Shown one piece after another: positions 10,025 to 23,460 of a stretch of 64,000 nucleotides of DNA (positions within the stretch are counted from its first letter, which is position 1; every line of letters begins with the position of its first letter). The notes under the pieces are model-generated. The model was not told the DNA's origin. It searched no databases and saw nothing but the letters and a program-made list of their open reading frames with translations. The position numbers and the translations under genes are program-made. Source of the DNA: Calditrichia bacterium (GTDB taxonomy: Bacteria; Calditrichota; Calditrichia; JAJRVZ01); NCBI GenBank assembly GCA_963796965.1, contig CAWCNS010000002.1, positions 240,289 to 304,288 on the forward strand. The letters run 5' to 3'.

Positions 10025-11608
10025 TCATTCTCCCGCAAGATTATCCGAATCGAACCGGCCCTCCCTGTTCGCTGCAGCACGGATTATATCATAACTCAAG
10101 CGTGTAACATTTAACAATTTGTAGTAATTGATTTTATCTGCATCATCAGTAATTTTGTGATAATCTTCTTTCATATAATCGAAGAAAAAAACACTGGGAA
10201 TATTTTTCTTAGCAAAGCTATAATGATCACTCCTGTAGTAGAAACGGTTCGGATCGTTAGACGCATTAAATTTTAAATCTAAGTGCATCCCAACACCAGC
10301 ATCGTTTGCTGAGAATACTAAATCATGATATTCCACACTTATTTTGTCTGATCCGATCACATAAACACTATCCGTAGGTCCCCTGCCAACCATATCAAGA
10401 TTGATATGTGCAACGATATCATCCATCCTGTCAAAATTTGCCGTGAAATATTTTGATCCTAACAAGCCCTTTTCTTCTGCGGTATGGAAGTTCAATAATA
10501 TTGATCGTTTATGGTCTTTGGTTTGTGCAAAAACCCTTGCAATTTCCATGACTGCTGCCGTTCCTGAAGCATTATCATCAGCACCATTGTAAATCCCGGT
10601 CGCACCGATGCCCTCATGATCAAAATGACAGCCAATAGATACCATTTCATGGTTGAGATCTGGGTCATTCCCTTCCAACACACCAACGACGTTTCTAACC
10701 TGTACGGTTTTTGATGTATCAAAAGCCCAAAATAATTGTGACTTGGTTTCAAACTCAATAGCTGCTGGAGCTGATTTTGATTTCAGGGAAGTATTTATCT
10801 CTTCATAAGAGAAATTATTTTTTGCAAAAATTGAATCTAATACGGATTCTTTAATAACCAAAATGGGAAATGCAGATGTACCACTTCGAACTGGTTTCTC
10901 CATAAACTGCAACTTCCCCTTTTCTACATAATTTACGACTGAATTCCAGCCATATTCCTCTTCCAAGGCAGAAATGTAAATGGCACCCAGGGCCCCCTGG
11001 GTTTTAGCATTCTTAATCTTAGACCAACTTGAGGCAAAGGATGTTTTTTTCGGACCTTTAAAGAAAGTAGTGTCTTCGCTCTCCGGCTCTCCGGGTATAA
11101 AAAGAATTATTTTACCTTTAACATCCAGGTCAGCATAATTATCGTATTGATATTCATGTGCCGTAATACCATAGCCCACAAACACAATACTTGTAACCGT
11201 ATCGATTGTTTCATAATATCGATTTGATCCTACAAAATCCTGTCCATAGGAAAACTCAGTCAATTCATTTTTTTTATTGAGCATGCCAAATTTTGACTCT
11301 TTAGAAAAATGAATATGACGCAAATTGAAATTCTGAAAATATCCGTCATTGCCATCAAGAGTCTGAACACCATACTTTTTTAATTCAGTGGCAATATATT
11401 TTGAAGCAACTCTTTCGGCATCGGTGGCAGCCTCACGACCCTCTAATTCATCTGAAGCAAGGTATTCCAGATTAGATTGGAGGTGACGAATGCTGAATAA
11501 ATTCTCGCCACCATCATTATCGTAATATCCAAGTTTGGTGCTCTGACAACTTATTAAGGTGATACAGGTTAAAATTGTGAGGATGTTATTTATCATTTTT
11601 TCGCCCAA
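10025..11608 (-). CDS. M28 family metallopeptidase with PA domain (lipoprotein)
   Basis: HFDH, NGADDNASG, AEEKGLLGS, NLDMVG, RSDH, DYH; LISC lipobox. Confidence 0.9.
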   Translation of the reverse strand: MGEKMINNILTILTCITLISCQSTKLGYYDNDGGENLFSIRHLQSNLEYLASDELEGREAATDAERVASKYIATELKKYGVQTLDGNDGYFQNFNLRHIHFSKESKFGMLNKKNELTEFSYGQDFVGSNRYYETIDTVTSIVFVGYGITAHEYQYDNYADLDVKGKIILFIPGEPESEDTTFFKGPKKTSFASSWSKIKNAKTQGALGAIYISALEEEYGWNSVVNYVEKGKLQFMEKPVRSGTSAFPILVIKESVLDSIFAKNNFSYEEINTSLKSKSAPAAIEFETKSQLFWAFDTSKTVQVRNVVGVLEGNDPDLNHEMVSIGCHFDHEGIGATGIYNGADDNASGTAAVMEIARVFAQTKDHKRSILLNFHTAEEKGLLGSKYFTANFDRMDDIVAHINLDMVGRGPTDSVYVIGSDKISVEYHDLVFSANDAGVGMHLDLKFNASNDPNRFYYRSDHYSFAKKNIPSVFFFDYMKEDYHKITDDADKINYYKLLNVTRLSYDIIRAAANREGRFDSDNLAGE

Positions 11609-11970
11609 CTATTTAGTGTAGTATCGCATTTTTATTGTTTCACTCCCGAAGGGACTCCTTTGGAGGAAGTTCGAGAAAAAATTTTAAAGAACCGGAAAGA
11701 ATTAATCGATACTGTTTTTTAACAATCATAATCTCCTTTGCACGACCTTCATATTGTCATCCTGAGCGGAGTCGAAGGATGGGGAATGGATTAATCTATA
11801 TGTTGCATTATGTGAATGCGACGCGATAAATTCTGTCGTTACAATCATCTACTACCATGATTTAAAAAACTATTGTTAAAAAAACTTCGGATTCTTCGTG
11901 TATCTTCGTGATCCCTGAAATTATTTCCACTTCATCTGCGTATACAATACAAAGAATAGGAACTGTTTAG

Positions 11971-14106
11971 ATGTTTAAAATCGTACTATTTATCATATTT
12001 TTCTTGCTTGCCTGTAAAGGAAACAATCAGATGAAACAAAATGAGGGTCTGAGTACCCATAACCATAAAAATCACCTGGCCAATGAGACCAGTCCCTACC
12101 TCCTACAACATGCCGATAATCCTGTTGATTGGTACCCCTGGGGTGAAGAAGCCCTTGGGAAGGCAAAGAAAGAGGATAAACCGATTCTACTCAGTATCGG
12201 ATATGCCGCTTGTCACTGGTGTCACGTCATGGAACATGAGTCGTTTGAAGATTCTGCAACCGCGAAACTTATGAACGAGCTCTTTGTCTGTATTAAAGTT
12301 GATCGGGAAGAACGGCCAGATATCGATCAAATTTACATGAAATTTGTGCAGATGACAACTGGCAGCGGTGGCTGGCCACTCAATGTTTTTCTTACACCAG
12401 ATCAGGAACCATTTTATGGTGGCACCTATTTCCCGCCCGATGATCGATATGGACGTGCTTCCTGGACAAAAGTATTACAATCGGTAGACAATTTTTATCG
12501 TAAAAATAAAGATCAACTCGAGCAGAACATTACTCAGGTTAAAAAGGAATTTCAAAAAATTGAGGATGATGGTTCTCTTTCTGAGATCCCTGATCAATCA
12601 ATTTTGAAAAATAGCGTTGAGAGATTATCATCTATGTATGATCCAAACTTTGGTGGCCTCGGTCGGGCACCAAAATTTCCAGCCGTCTATCCCTTGTCCT
12701 CTTTCCTGCGTTATTATAATATTAGTAGGGATCAACAGTACCTGGATATGGTTACACATTCACTCAAAAAAATGGCCAATGGGGGAATTTATGACCACCT
12801 TGGCGGCGGATTTGCTCGTTATTCCGTTGATGACAAATGGCTGGTTCCTCATTTTGAAAAAATGCTCTATGATAATGCCCAGTTAGTTCCCCTATACCTC
12901 GACACCTATTTACTTAATGGCGATGAATACTTCTTGCAGGTTGTCAAAGAAATTTTAGAATTTGTTGTAAGAGAGCTGATGTCACCCGAGGGTGGATTTT
13001 TTTCCAGTCTTGATGCAGACAGTGAGGGCATTGAGGGAAAGTTTTATGTATGGGATAAATCTGAGATTGATCAGTTACTTGGAGCCGAAAAGAGTGAACT
13101 CTTTTGCTATTATTACAGCGTATCAGACCAGGGAAATTTTGAGCATAAAAACATCCTCAATGTTCATACTGATATGAATTCAGTCGCAGAACGGTTTAAA
13201 AAAACGCCTGAAGAATTCAGGCAAATGCTTAATGAATCGAAAAAAATTTTGATGGAACATCGCGACCGGCGCATCCGTCCCGGATTGGATGATAAAGTTT
13301 TGACTTCCTGGAACGGACTTATGCTCACTGCTTTTGCCCGCGCCTACCAGGTTACCAGAGATGAGTCTTATGCAACCGTGATCCGGGACAATATCGCCTT
13401 CCTGAAAAAAAATCTTTATAATTTAGATCATCTGTGGAGAACATTTAATAAAGGTCAGGCTAAATATCAGGCCTATTTGGATGATTATGCTTTTCTGATA
13501 CAGGGGCTACTCGATGCTTACGAGGCCGTTTTCGATCCTTCATATCTAGACTGGGCCCATGAACTTTTACAGTATTCAAATAAAAAGTTCTGGGATAAGG
13601 ACAAGGGTGGGTATTTTTATACCTCTTCTGATCAGGAAGATTTATTTGATCGCCTGAAAGACGAACACGATCAATCTATCCCCTCAGCTACATCGATTAT
13701 GATGCTCAATAATCTGCGTTTTTATTCCTTAACCGAAGATAGCAAATTATTAGCCTTTGCTGAAGAGGTACTTAAAAAATATGGACAGCAAATTTCCGGA
13801 AATCCCTATGGATATGCCAGTTATTTGTTAGGATTGGATTTCTATCAGCAAAAGCCAAAGGAAATTGTCCTGGTTGTCCCCGATGACGTTAAGATGGATG
13901 AGTATGCGGAGGTGATTTATAAGAGATATTTCCCAAATAAAGTCGTCGTTCGGTTAGAAGAGAATCAACAAATTCCCTCGCTCTCGGCTTCTCTATTAAA
14001 AGGCAAGAAACCAATTGATGGAAAATTAACAATCTATGTCTGTCATAATTTTGCCTGTAGCCCACCAGTATTTACACATCAGGATTTTGAGAAATTATTA
14101 GATTAA
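11971..14106 (+). CDS. YyaL/SSP411-family thioredoxin-domain protein
   Basis: [37 protein letters not shown]. Confidence 0.92.
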   Translation: MFKIVLFIIFFLLACKGNNQMKQNEGLSTHNHKNHLANETSPYLLQHADNPVDWYPWGEEALGKAKKEDKPILLSIGYAACHWCHVMEHESFEDSATAKLMNELFVCIKVDREERPDIDQIYMKFVQMTTGSGGWPLNVFLTPDQEPFYGGTYFPPDDRYGRASWTKVLQSVDNFYRKNKDQLEQNITQVKKEFQKIEDDGSLSEIPDQSILKNSVERLSSMYDPNFGGLGRAPKFPAVYPLSSFLRYYNISRDQQYLDMVTHSLKKMANGGIYDHLGGGFARYSVDDKWLVPHFEKMLYDNAQLVPLYLDTYLLNGDEYFLQVVKEILEFVVRELMSPEGGFFSSLDADSEGIEGKFYVWDKSEIDQLLGAEKSELFCYYYSVSDQGNFEHKNILNVHTDMNSVAERFKKTPEEFRQMLNESKKILMEHRDRRIRPGLDDKVLTSWNGLMLTAFARAYQVTRDESYATVIRDNIAFLKKNLYNLDHLWRTFNKGQAKYQAYLDDYAFLIQGLLDAYEAVFDPSYLDWAHELLQYSNKKFWDKDKGGYFYTSSDQEDLFDRLKDEHDQSIPSATSIMMLNNLRFYSLTEDSKLLAFAEEVLKKYGQQISGNPYGYASYLLGLDFYQQKPKEIVLVVPDDVKMDEYAEVIYKRYFPNKVVVRLEENQQIPSLSASLLKGKKPIDGKLTIYVCHNFACSPPVFTHQDFEKLLD

Positions 14107-14220
14107 TAGTATAAATAATTTTTAAATACGTCTTCAATGATCCTAATAAAGTCACGAATTAAACTAATCGGGTCTCGTCAAATTTGGGACTATTGTAATC
14201 GGAAAATAGAAATTAATATA

Positions 14221-15298
14221 CTATAACCATAGAATAAAGACAGATACTGCAAGTATTATTAACGCCCCTATAGGAAGGAACCAACGTGTGCGACGATCAA
14301 TTTTTTCTCCGCGTTCCTTTTTTTCATATTCAACCAGATGTTGTACCCAGGTACTTTCGAGGATGAGTGCTGTGGCAAATATGTAACATATGGTGAGGAG
14401 TATGTCGAGAAAGGTTGGATAATGAAGTCTTGGCAAACTGTTACTGATGACCGTATGTGTCGCAACAACGGTAAGTAAAGCAATGAATCCTAAGCGAATT
14501 CGATCAGCCGGTTGTATCCAAAATGCGCTCCATGTCAACACCATAACAAACATAAGCGGCATCAGAATCCGCAATAAGTAATGCCCTTCATGCCGACTGG
14601 CGTAAATGCGAAAAAGATAAGTCGAGAAATCCCGCTCATCGCGTATCTCTGAACGCATGCTATGAAAAGCCTCAACACCCAGTACCGCCCATTCAGGTGT
14701 ATGAAAATCCGGATCCATACCAAGTTGCTCTTTATTGACGATCAAAACAAGGTCTGCGTTATCCCAGACAAATGATTGAAGTTCAAAATCGAAGACCTGG
14801 TCGTCAAATGGGAATCGTCTCATATCAAGATCAGCATTAATAACCGCTCCAAATCGTTCTTCATACTGGACCGTCCCATCCCCAAAAATGATTAGTTCAA
14901 TACTTTCTGTTGAACGCTGTTCAACTTCATTTTGAATTTCAATATCGGGTGACCATATTTCACTTAACTTTTCTTCAGCCTCTTCTTCCAAAAACACCAT
15001 AGATTCAATGGCTTCAGAAGAAAAAGCCAATCGTTCATCCTTCCAGGACAGATCGACAAACATTTCAATTTCAAAATTTGGAAATGCTTCGGAAGGTGCC
15101 GAAACCCGACTCAATCCGATAAGATAGGCCCCAATAATTACTTCTGTGGGACTACTTGGCGGTGAAACAGACTGTTGGTGTATCGTCCAAATTTGACGTA
15201 CTTCTCACATTAACAGGACGTGCCAGGGTCATAGATGTCAATAAAAATATCAGGACAGAAGCAATAAATAGGCGATGTATCCAATAATTAAAATCCAT
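14221..15298 (-). CDS. Prokaryotic pentameric ligand-gated ion channel (GLIC/ELIC-like); N-terminus frameshifted at about 15170
   Basis: WSPDI, RRFPFDDQ Pro-loop, four TM helices, LPRLHYPT M2-M3 loop; signal peptide read from ATG at 15298. Confidence 0.85.
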
Positions 15299-15347
15299 TG
15301 TTTGAACCTTTTAATAGGTTATATATTCTATTAATTTATTGTGATCC

Positions 15348-16217
15348 TCATTTGCATAGGGCGTGTTGTTCATCTCTCTGAATTTTTTTTAATTTTGCGG
15401 TGTATAACCACGCCACAAACTTATCCGGTAGTAAACTGTAGAACGTCCAATTAAGAAATTTATTTTTTATAACCAGGTATCTGATCTTAGGTTTGACTTT
15501 TGTTAAGGCTATATGGATGACACCCGCTATTGCCCGATCAGACAGGCTTTTCTTTTTCGACCTGGAAATATTATCAAAAGCATATTTTAAGATCGGGAAG
15601 TAGCCGGTATGCTTATAGATCGAAAGATCTGGTATTTTATCCCAAATTGGCGTAAGAACATTTCCCGGCTCGATAACGATCACTTTGATCCCATACATTA
15701 ATAATTCTAACCTGAGAGAATCAGAGATTGCCTCCAGCGCATGTTTCGAGGCAGCATAGGGCCCGACAAAAGGAAATGATTTTAACCCACTAACCGAACT
15801 GATATTTATTATTCTGCCCGGTTTACCCTTCCGTTCTTTATCTGTACCCAGAAAAGGCAGGAATATCTGAGTAACCTTTAATAATCCAAAGAAATTAACA
15901 TCCATCTGATATTTGACCTGCTCCAGTGGAATATGCATCAAAGGTCCGGGCACAGATATCCCGGCATTGTTAACTAGACCGAAAAGATTTTTCCCTTGTA
16001 GTGTTTTTTCAACTTTTTTTGCTTCTTTTTCTATCTTCGGATGATCGGTAATATCAAAGACCAGGGCTGTAAAAGATTGACCAAAATCGTTTTCCAGACG
16101 ATTTGCATCTTCTTCAGACCGTACGCTTCCAAAAATATGGAAACCCTTGTCCAATAGGAATTTTGTGGTAGCATACCCAATACCACTAGAAACACCGGTA
16201 ATTAAAATATATTCCAT
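15348..16217 (-). CDS. Short-chain dehydrogenase/reductase
   Basis: TGVSSGIG, NNAG, YAASK. Confidence 0.92.
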   Translation of the reverse strand: MEYILITGVSSGIGYATTKFLLDKGFHIFGSVRSEEDANRLENDFGQSFTALVFDITDHPKIEKEAKKVEKTLQGKNLFGLVNNAGISVPGPLMHIPLEQVKYQMDVNFFGLLKVTQIFLPFLGTDKERKGKPGRIINISSVSGLKSFPFVGPYAASKHALEAISDSLRLELLMYGIKVIVIEPGNVLTPIWDKIPDLSIYKHTGYFPILKYAFDNISRSKKKSLSDRAIAGVIHIALTKVKPKIRYLVIKNKFLNWTFYSLLPDKFVAWLYTAKLKKIQRDEQHALCK

Positions 16218-16266
16218 ATCTATGGGCTTTTACTTATTGACGGTCCATTCATAGCACGAAGTTTCG

Positions 16267-16367
16267 AGAAGAAGTCCACGAATTACACGAATTAACTGAA
16301 TTTTTATAAATAAAATTTTATATTATAAATATTTATTCATAATTAGTGTAATTCGTGGACTTCTTCT
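16267..16367. repeat. Intergenic 22-bp perfect inverted repeat with AT-rich spacer
   Basis: agaagaagtccacgaattacac (16267-16288) / gtgtaattcgtggacttcttct (16346-16367). Confidence 0.85.
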
Positions 16368-16427
16368 TTTTTGTTTGTTCCGAAGTATCAGGTTGCTGCG
16401 TATGATTGATCAGGATGAAAAAAATAA

Positions 16428-17444
16428 TCAGTTGTCCTGATTTCTGAATTCGCTTAGCACTGAATCTACATAAGCAATTTCATCTCCGGAGAGCGGCTTG
16501 GACATGGTATTAAAGTTCTTTTCAACCTGACCAGCATTTTTAAAACCGGGTATCGTTACAGCATTCGCAGAACGGGATAGAGCATATTGGTTCGCTATTC
16601 TGGCTAAGTCCGTAACACTATCTCCGAATTTCTTCTTTAATTTGTTGATTGCTGGTTCAAAACGGTTTATAAATTCCATTTCAAAAATTTCTCTTACACC
16701 TCTAATATCCCCGGCCTCAAATTTTGGCGGATTTTGGGACCCATATTTGCCAAGTAGCATTCCCATAGCGTAGGTTCCAAACATAACAACACCAAGGTCA
16801 TTCTCATCTGCCCATTTAAATATATTATTTTCCGGCATATCAAACGGGCTTTGCATCGCATTAAATGGCAATTGTAATACCTCCGGTTGGGATACTGGAC
16901 AAACACGCAAGAATTGATCGTAGGAATAGGCAGATTGACCAATAACGCGAATTTTTCCCTCTTCTTTCATACGGTGTACCACTTCAGCAGCCGGTTGCAG
17001 ATAGCAATCGTCTTCTCCGAAGAAGGGATTATGAAGATAAAAAATATCCACATAATCTGTTTGAAGGTTTTGTAAACTTTGTTCTAACTGGTGTCTGACA
17101 TGAAGTGGTTCATAGGGATGAATAGCCGTCCCTTTAAACCAGCCCGTCTTGGTGGCAAGAACTATATCTTCTCGTTTTATTCCTTCTTTAAACACCTTAC
17201 CAATTAATTGCTCTGAATGCCCTTTTCCATACGCATCAGCGGTATCCCAATGGTTTATCCCTAATTCATAGGCTTTATACAAACCTGCAATGGAATCACC
17301 ATCAACAGCCCCGGCCCATCCATTCGGTGAACCATCATCACCAAATGAAGGACCACCGATGGCCCAACATCCGATACCGACTTCTGAAACTTTTAATCCA
17401 CTTTTGCCGAGGATTCGATATTTTATCATTTTTTCTTCTCCCAT
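16428..17444 (-). CDS. Aldo/keto reductase
   Basis: LGKSGLKVSEVGIGCW, DTADAYG, ATK, DYVDIFYLH, IPG. Confidence 0.92.
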   Translation of the reverse strand: MGEEKMIKYRILGKSGLKVSEVGIGCWAIGGPSFGDDGSPNGWAGAVDGDSIAGLYKAYELGINHWDTADAYGKGHSEQLIGKVFKEGIKREDIVLATKTGWFKGTAIHPYEPLHVRHQLEQSLQNLQTDYVDIFYLHNPFFGEDDCYLQPAAEVVHRMKEEGKIRVIGQSAYSYDQFLRVCPVSQPEVLQLPFNAMQSPFDMPENNIFKWADENDLGVVMFGTYAMGMLLGKYGSQNPPKFEAGDIRGVREIFEMEFINRFEPAINKLKKKFGDSVTDLARIANQYALSRSANAVTIPGFKNAGQVEKNFNTMSKPLSGDEIAYVDSVLSEFRNQDN

Positions 17445-17698
17445 TTATGATCTCTAAAAAAATCATTTTCATTTTTCCACCATAAAATATATAATCTGAG
17501 TTATTTACCAATCTTAATTTATTTAAAATATCTCACGCTAAGACGCAAAGTCGCTATAAGAATTAATTAATAAGAATTTAATAGTAACATAATAAAGAGT
17601 AAGTAAAAATATTCTAACTTTTTTATTAATTATTCTGTATTTGAATTTACATATTTACGAGAAATGGAGTATCGTGACAACAGGAATAAATTTCATTC

Positions 17699-18554
17699 TT
17701 ATTTCCAGGATTCCATCATTTCCCACCTCTTTATGGCTTCAAGAAATGTATCGGCAATAAGATCTGCTTTTTTCTTTGTATACTCTTTTGCTTTGTCCAC
17801 ATCAAAATTTAAATAGCCCATTCCCTCTTCTGGGTATCTCTGGGTTGCCCATGCCGGCATCATACCAAAACCAGCATCTGTACCAGCCTCTACCTACATT
17901 ATCCTTGCCCAATTTTTCATATAGTTCTTGATCAACCAGCCCAGGATCATATGATATATTGAGGGCTGCTTCCTCAAGATCGCCATGACCTGGTTTTTGT
18001 ACCTTTGCACCATATACTTCATTTGTAATATCAAATCCAATTTCCCACCATTCAGCAATCAGAAAATGCGCCTCTGTCTCAAGATGGACTCTGGTCATGG
18101 CCCTTCTGGAGGCTTTTGCATTACCACCATGGCCATCGATTATTAAAATGTTTCTGAATCCAGCCTGTACAAGTCCATTCAAAATATCGTACATCAATTC
18201 TTCAAAGATCTCTTCCCTTACTGTAATGGAACCTGGGAACTTCGATACACTTAAGCCTGTAAATCCATAGTTAACTGGTGGAGCAATAAAAGCGTTACAC
18301 TTTTCCCAAATTAAATCTGCCAAATGAACCGGAATAATATTATCTGAGCCAATGGCCACAGGTCCATGGGACTCTACTGTGCCAATGGGTAAAATAACAC
18401 GATCTGTTATTTCCGGTACATATTCGGCTAATCTCATCCATGCGTAATTCTGCATATGGGGATATTTAAGATCCTTTACTGTTTTTTGAGCAAAAGAAGG
18501 TCCGCAAGAATATAAGCAGGCAATAGTAACGAAAATAATGTTTAAAGATTTCAT
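17699..18554 (-). CDS. Creatininase/amidohydrolase family protein with signal peptide (frameshift at about 17890)
   Basis: PIGTVESHG, D, GHGGN, HGDLEE; shifted frame continues to a stop at 17699. Confidence 0.85.
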
Positions 18555-18822
18555 CTTTACTCTCCTCTTTTTGATAATACGGTTAGTGCAAAATACAGCC
18601 ACTTTTTATTGATACGAATGCTGGATGCTATATACGGGATATTTATTGAAATTCCAAAATCAAAATTCCAAAATCAAAAATTGAATCAAGTATCTAATAT
18701 CCCCGATTTCACCATTATCCGCCGAAAAAACATCGGGACTAAATCCTCCATGAATTAGCGAGTGTTCAGTGCTCTGGGCTCAAAAGTATCGAGAATGAAA
18801 CTATTAATCAATATAAGAGAAT

Positions 18823-18863
18823 AAAAAAGCCCTTTCTATCATGGGAGATTGAAAGGACTTTTT
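18823..18863. terminator. Intrinsic terminator-like hairpin
   Basis: aaaaaagccctttc...gaaaggacttttt. Confidence 0.65.
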
Positions 18864-19040
18864 AGATTGGTCAGTAAGGTCGGGCACCAGCAGAAGATAG
18901 AATAATCCCTATAATTGAATCCGTCAACTAAAACTTTGTCTTTTCCTTTCATATTAAAATTGTTATTTTGTAAACAGTTACGGTTGTATCTGAAATGCAA
19001 AATTCAGTTTTCATAGCGAAAAAAAGAATGGGATTTCATT

Positions 19041-20479
19041 ATGCCGGTTAAGGAAAATCGTCAGTTAAAAAACAACCTGTCCCGGTCAGAAAGACTATAT
19101 CGCCAAATCTGGGATATATCTGTTATGGCATGCGACTTACTGATGAGTCTGGAAAAATCTTAGCTGTCAATAATACCTTTTGTCATATGGTTCAAATGAA
19201 AGAAGAAGATTTGCTTGATCAATCCTTCTCAATTATATACAGAGAAGATGAACAAGCAGCAGCCTTCAAAATTTATAAAGACGATTTACAAAACAATGCA
19301 TTAAAAACACATTTTGAATCTGAAAGATTTTTATGGAATAATCAAAAGGTCAGGTTGGAATTTTCAAATTCCTTTATATTATAAATTAGAATAGAATTGT
19401 ATTAATGACTCAGATTTCACAGAAAGAAAAAAAACTGAGCTGGCCCTGATTAAGAGTGAAAAGCGTTTTCGGGTACTTTTTAATAATGGTAATGATGCAG
19501 TCTTTGTAAATCACCTAACAAAAGATGGTACATTTGATTATATTATCGAAGTTAACGATGTCAGCTTGTTTAAGGCTTGGGTATGCACGAGAAGAGATGG
19601 AACGTATGCGCTTACCACAGTTAATCCATGAGAGATATGAAGATGACCTTGAAAAAACACGAAAAAAATTACTCTCTGAACAGCATGCTGTATTTGAGGT
19701 AATGCAAATACGCAAGGATAGACGATTGATCCCAGTCGAGATTAATGCCCACCTCTTCGGATCTGGACGAATTCCGACAACATTTCCTTACCGGATATTC
19801 TGAGAGAAAACAGGTAACAAAATGTAACCATACAAGCACCCAACTTAGAAATCTGGCTTCCCGTCTGCTGAAACAATTCGTGAAGAAAGAACGAACTTTA
19901 ATTTCTCGAGAGATACATGATGAATTGGGGGCAGGTATTAATGGTTTTGAAAATTCAAGGTTTCTCTCTTCAGGTAAACTCAGAAAAGATCAGACAGATC
20001 TACAGGATACAATAGCCTTTATACCAGCACCCTAGATTCTCAATTCTTTTAAACTGGCCAGAAAATAACCTCAAAACTGAGGCCGGGGATTCTGGATGAG
20101 CTTGGCTTAATCGCTGCCATCGAATGGCAGGCAGAAGAATTCGCTAAAAGGACAGGAATTAAATGTGATACCTCGATACCGAAGGCAGAGATATATTTGC
20201 CCCAGGAGAAAGCAACGGTAGTATTCAGAATATTGCAGGAGGCACTAACCAATGTCGCCCGATATGCCAGTGCGGATAAAATTTCAATTATTATCAAAGA
20301 AGATGATGAAAAGTTAATCATGGAAATTACCGACAATGGAGTAGGAATTCGTAAAAGCCAGATCGATGATCTGGATCTTCGAATTTTACATAAAAAAAGA
20401 GTTAGGTGAGGCGGGATGTAAAGATCCATGGTGTAGCGGATCAAGTACCCATGTCAACATGATCCTACCAGTACCATAA
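19041..20479 (+). CDS. PAS-domain sensor histidine kinase, HisKA_3 type (multiple frameshifts)
   Basis: Fragments with two PAS domains, ISREIHDELG, LRPGILDELGL and FRILQEALTNVARY...ITDNGVG. Confidence 0.8.
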
Positions 20480-20659
20480 AACAGAAGAATTACTATCTTG
20501 AATAGTGTCCCAGATCGGACACGCCTTAATAAAAATTTTGAACAGACGGAGAGTGATCTTTTCCCAATTGGAAATTTCAAAATAAACTAAAGATGCTGTG
20601 GCTGATAAGGTAAATCTCAAATGAATGAAGTTTATTTTTAATATAAAACACTATCTCAA

Positions 20660-21289
20660 ATGATTAAAATCCTTATAGCCGACGATCATGCCATTGTTCG
20701 TGAAGGTCTTAAACAGATCGTAGCAGAAGAGGCTGACATACTTGTGGCCGGAGAAGCATCCAATACCCAGGTATTAATGGATAAATTAAAAGAAGATGAA
20801 TTTGATATTTTAATCCTTGATACAATAGCCGGAAAAGTGGTCTCGATGCCCTCAAAGATATAAAAACCGAATATCCTGATATTCCTGTTATGATTTTAAG
20901 TATGTATAGTGAAGAACAATATGGTTTAAGATCATTAAAAGGTGGTGCTGATGGCTTTCTTAAAAAAGTTAGTGCCCCTGAGGAATTGGTAATTGCTATT
21001 CGTAAACTCCATGGTGGTCGCAAATACATCAGCCAGATCCTGGCAGAAAAAATGGCCGAGTCATTAGATGATCGATCGCATAAACTTCTCCATGAATCAC
21101 TCTCCGACCGCGAGTATCAAATAATGTGTGATATTGCCAGCGGCAAATCTGCGGAATATATAGCAGGTGATCTTTCCATCAGCATTAATATGTCTATTTT
21201 ACCGTAACCGAATTTTTGAGAAGATGAGCCTGAAAAGTAATGTTGAACTAACGCAATACGTCCTGCAAAATCATTTGATTGATCTTTAA
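20660..21289 (+). CDS. NarL/UvrY-family response regulator (frameshifted)
   Basis: IKILIADDHAIVREGLK, ILSMY, LSDREYQ LuxR-type HTH. Confidence 0.88.
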
Positions 21290-21676
21290 ATTTCTCACGA
21301 CAACTCGTTACCTCAGAATATCTAATGCCCACCCTTCGGATTTGAAAACCTCTGGCCGTCCCTATTAAATAAAAAATTCTAATCACTCCCACAGGGATTG
21401 CATTGAGAAGATATTACCCTATCAAATGGCCCAGACAGGAAAATAACAGAATCCATAAGATTATCAGAAGGGAATGTTAAAGATTGCATATCTAGAATAA
21501 ATGATTCCAGGTATTTTCCCTCTTTTCTTCATTTCTTTCAAACATCGCTTGTAGTAATATTTACTACACCAAATTCACAAAATCTACCCTTTTAAAATAA
21601 ATTACCTGATTGATATATTAGTTTTAAAGATATCTATCAAATTTATCAAATACACGATAGTTATTGGAGGTATTGA

Positions 21677-23036
<1,360 letters not shown>

Positions 23037-23053
23037 ACAATATTTCCGAATTT

Positions 23054-23079
23054 GGGTGGCTATCCGGCCACCCTTTTTT
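23054..23079 (+). terminator. Intrinsic terminator after gdhA
   Basis: gggtggc-tatccg-gccaccc-tttttt. Confidence 0.85.
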
Positions 23080-23250
23080 ATTTCCTTTTAAATTTTCAAT
23101 TCTTTAATTTGGATTTCTTATCCTTGATAGTCTATACTGATAGCAGGGCAACTGTAAAAATCGACATATAAAATCTCGCAGCTGAACTTTTTGATCTACA
23201 TTTATAAACAGGATTCAGCATATGACTAAATTTCATATTCTATGGAATAA

Positions 23251-23355
23251 GATTCCGAATCAAGTTCGGAATGACTGAATTGCGAGAATTTCAGGACGGT
23301 GAGAAGGTCATCCTGAATCCTGACCTGGCTTCAGGACAGATTTATTGCAGGATCT
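23251..23355. repeat. GTCAT/ATGAC-footed REP-like palindromes
   Basis: gattccgaatcaagttcggaatgac and gtcatcctgaa...ttcaggac; relatives at 11756, 53288-53353, 53429-53454, 54729-54823. Confidence 0.6.
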
Positions 23356-23460
23356 TATAAAGCAGAGTATTTAATACTGTTTTTAGTTATTCTGCTTAAT
23401 ATTATACTTTCTTAGTAATTTCAATTGATATACGCACGTTTATTTTATATTATTTTCATC

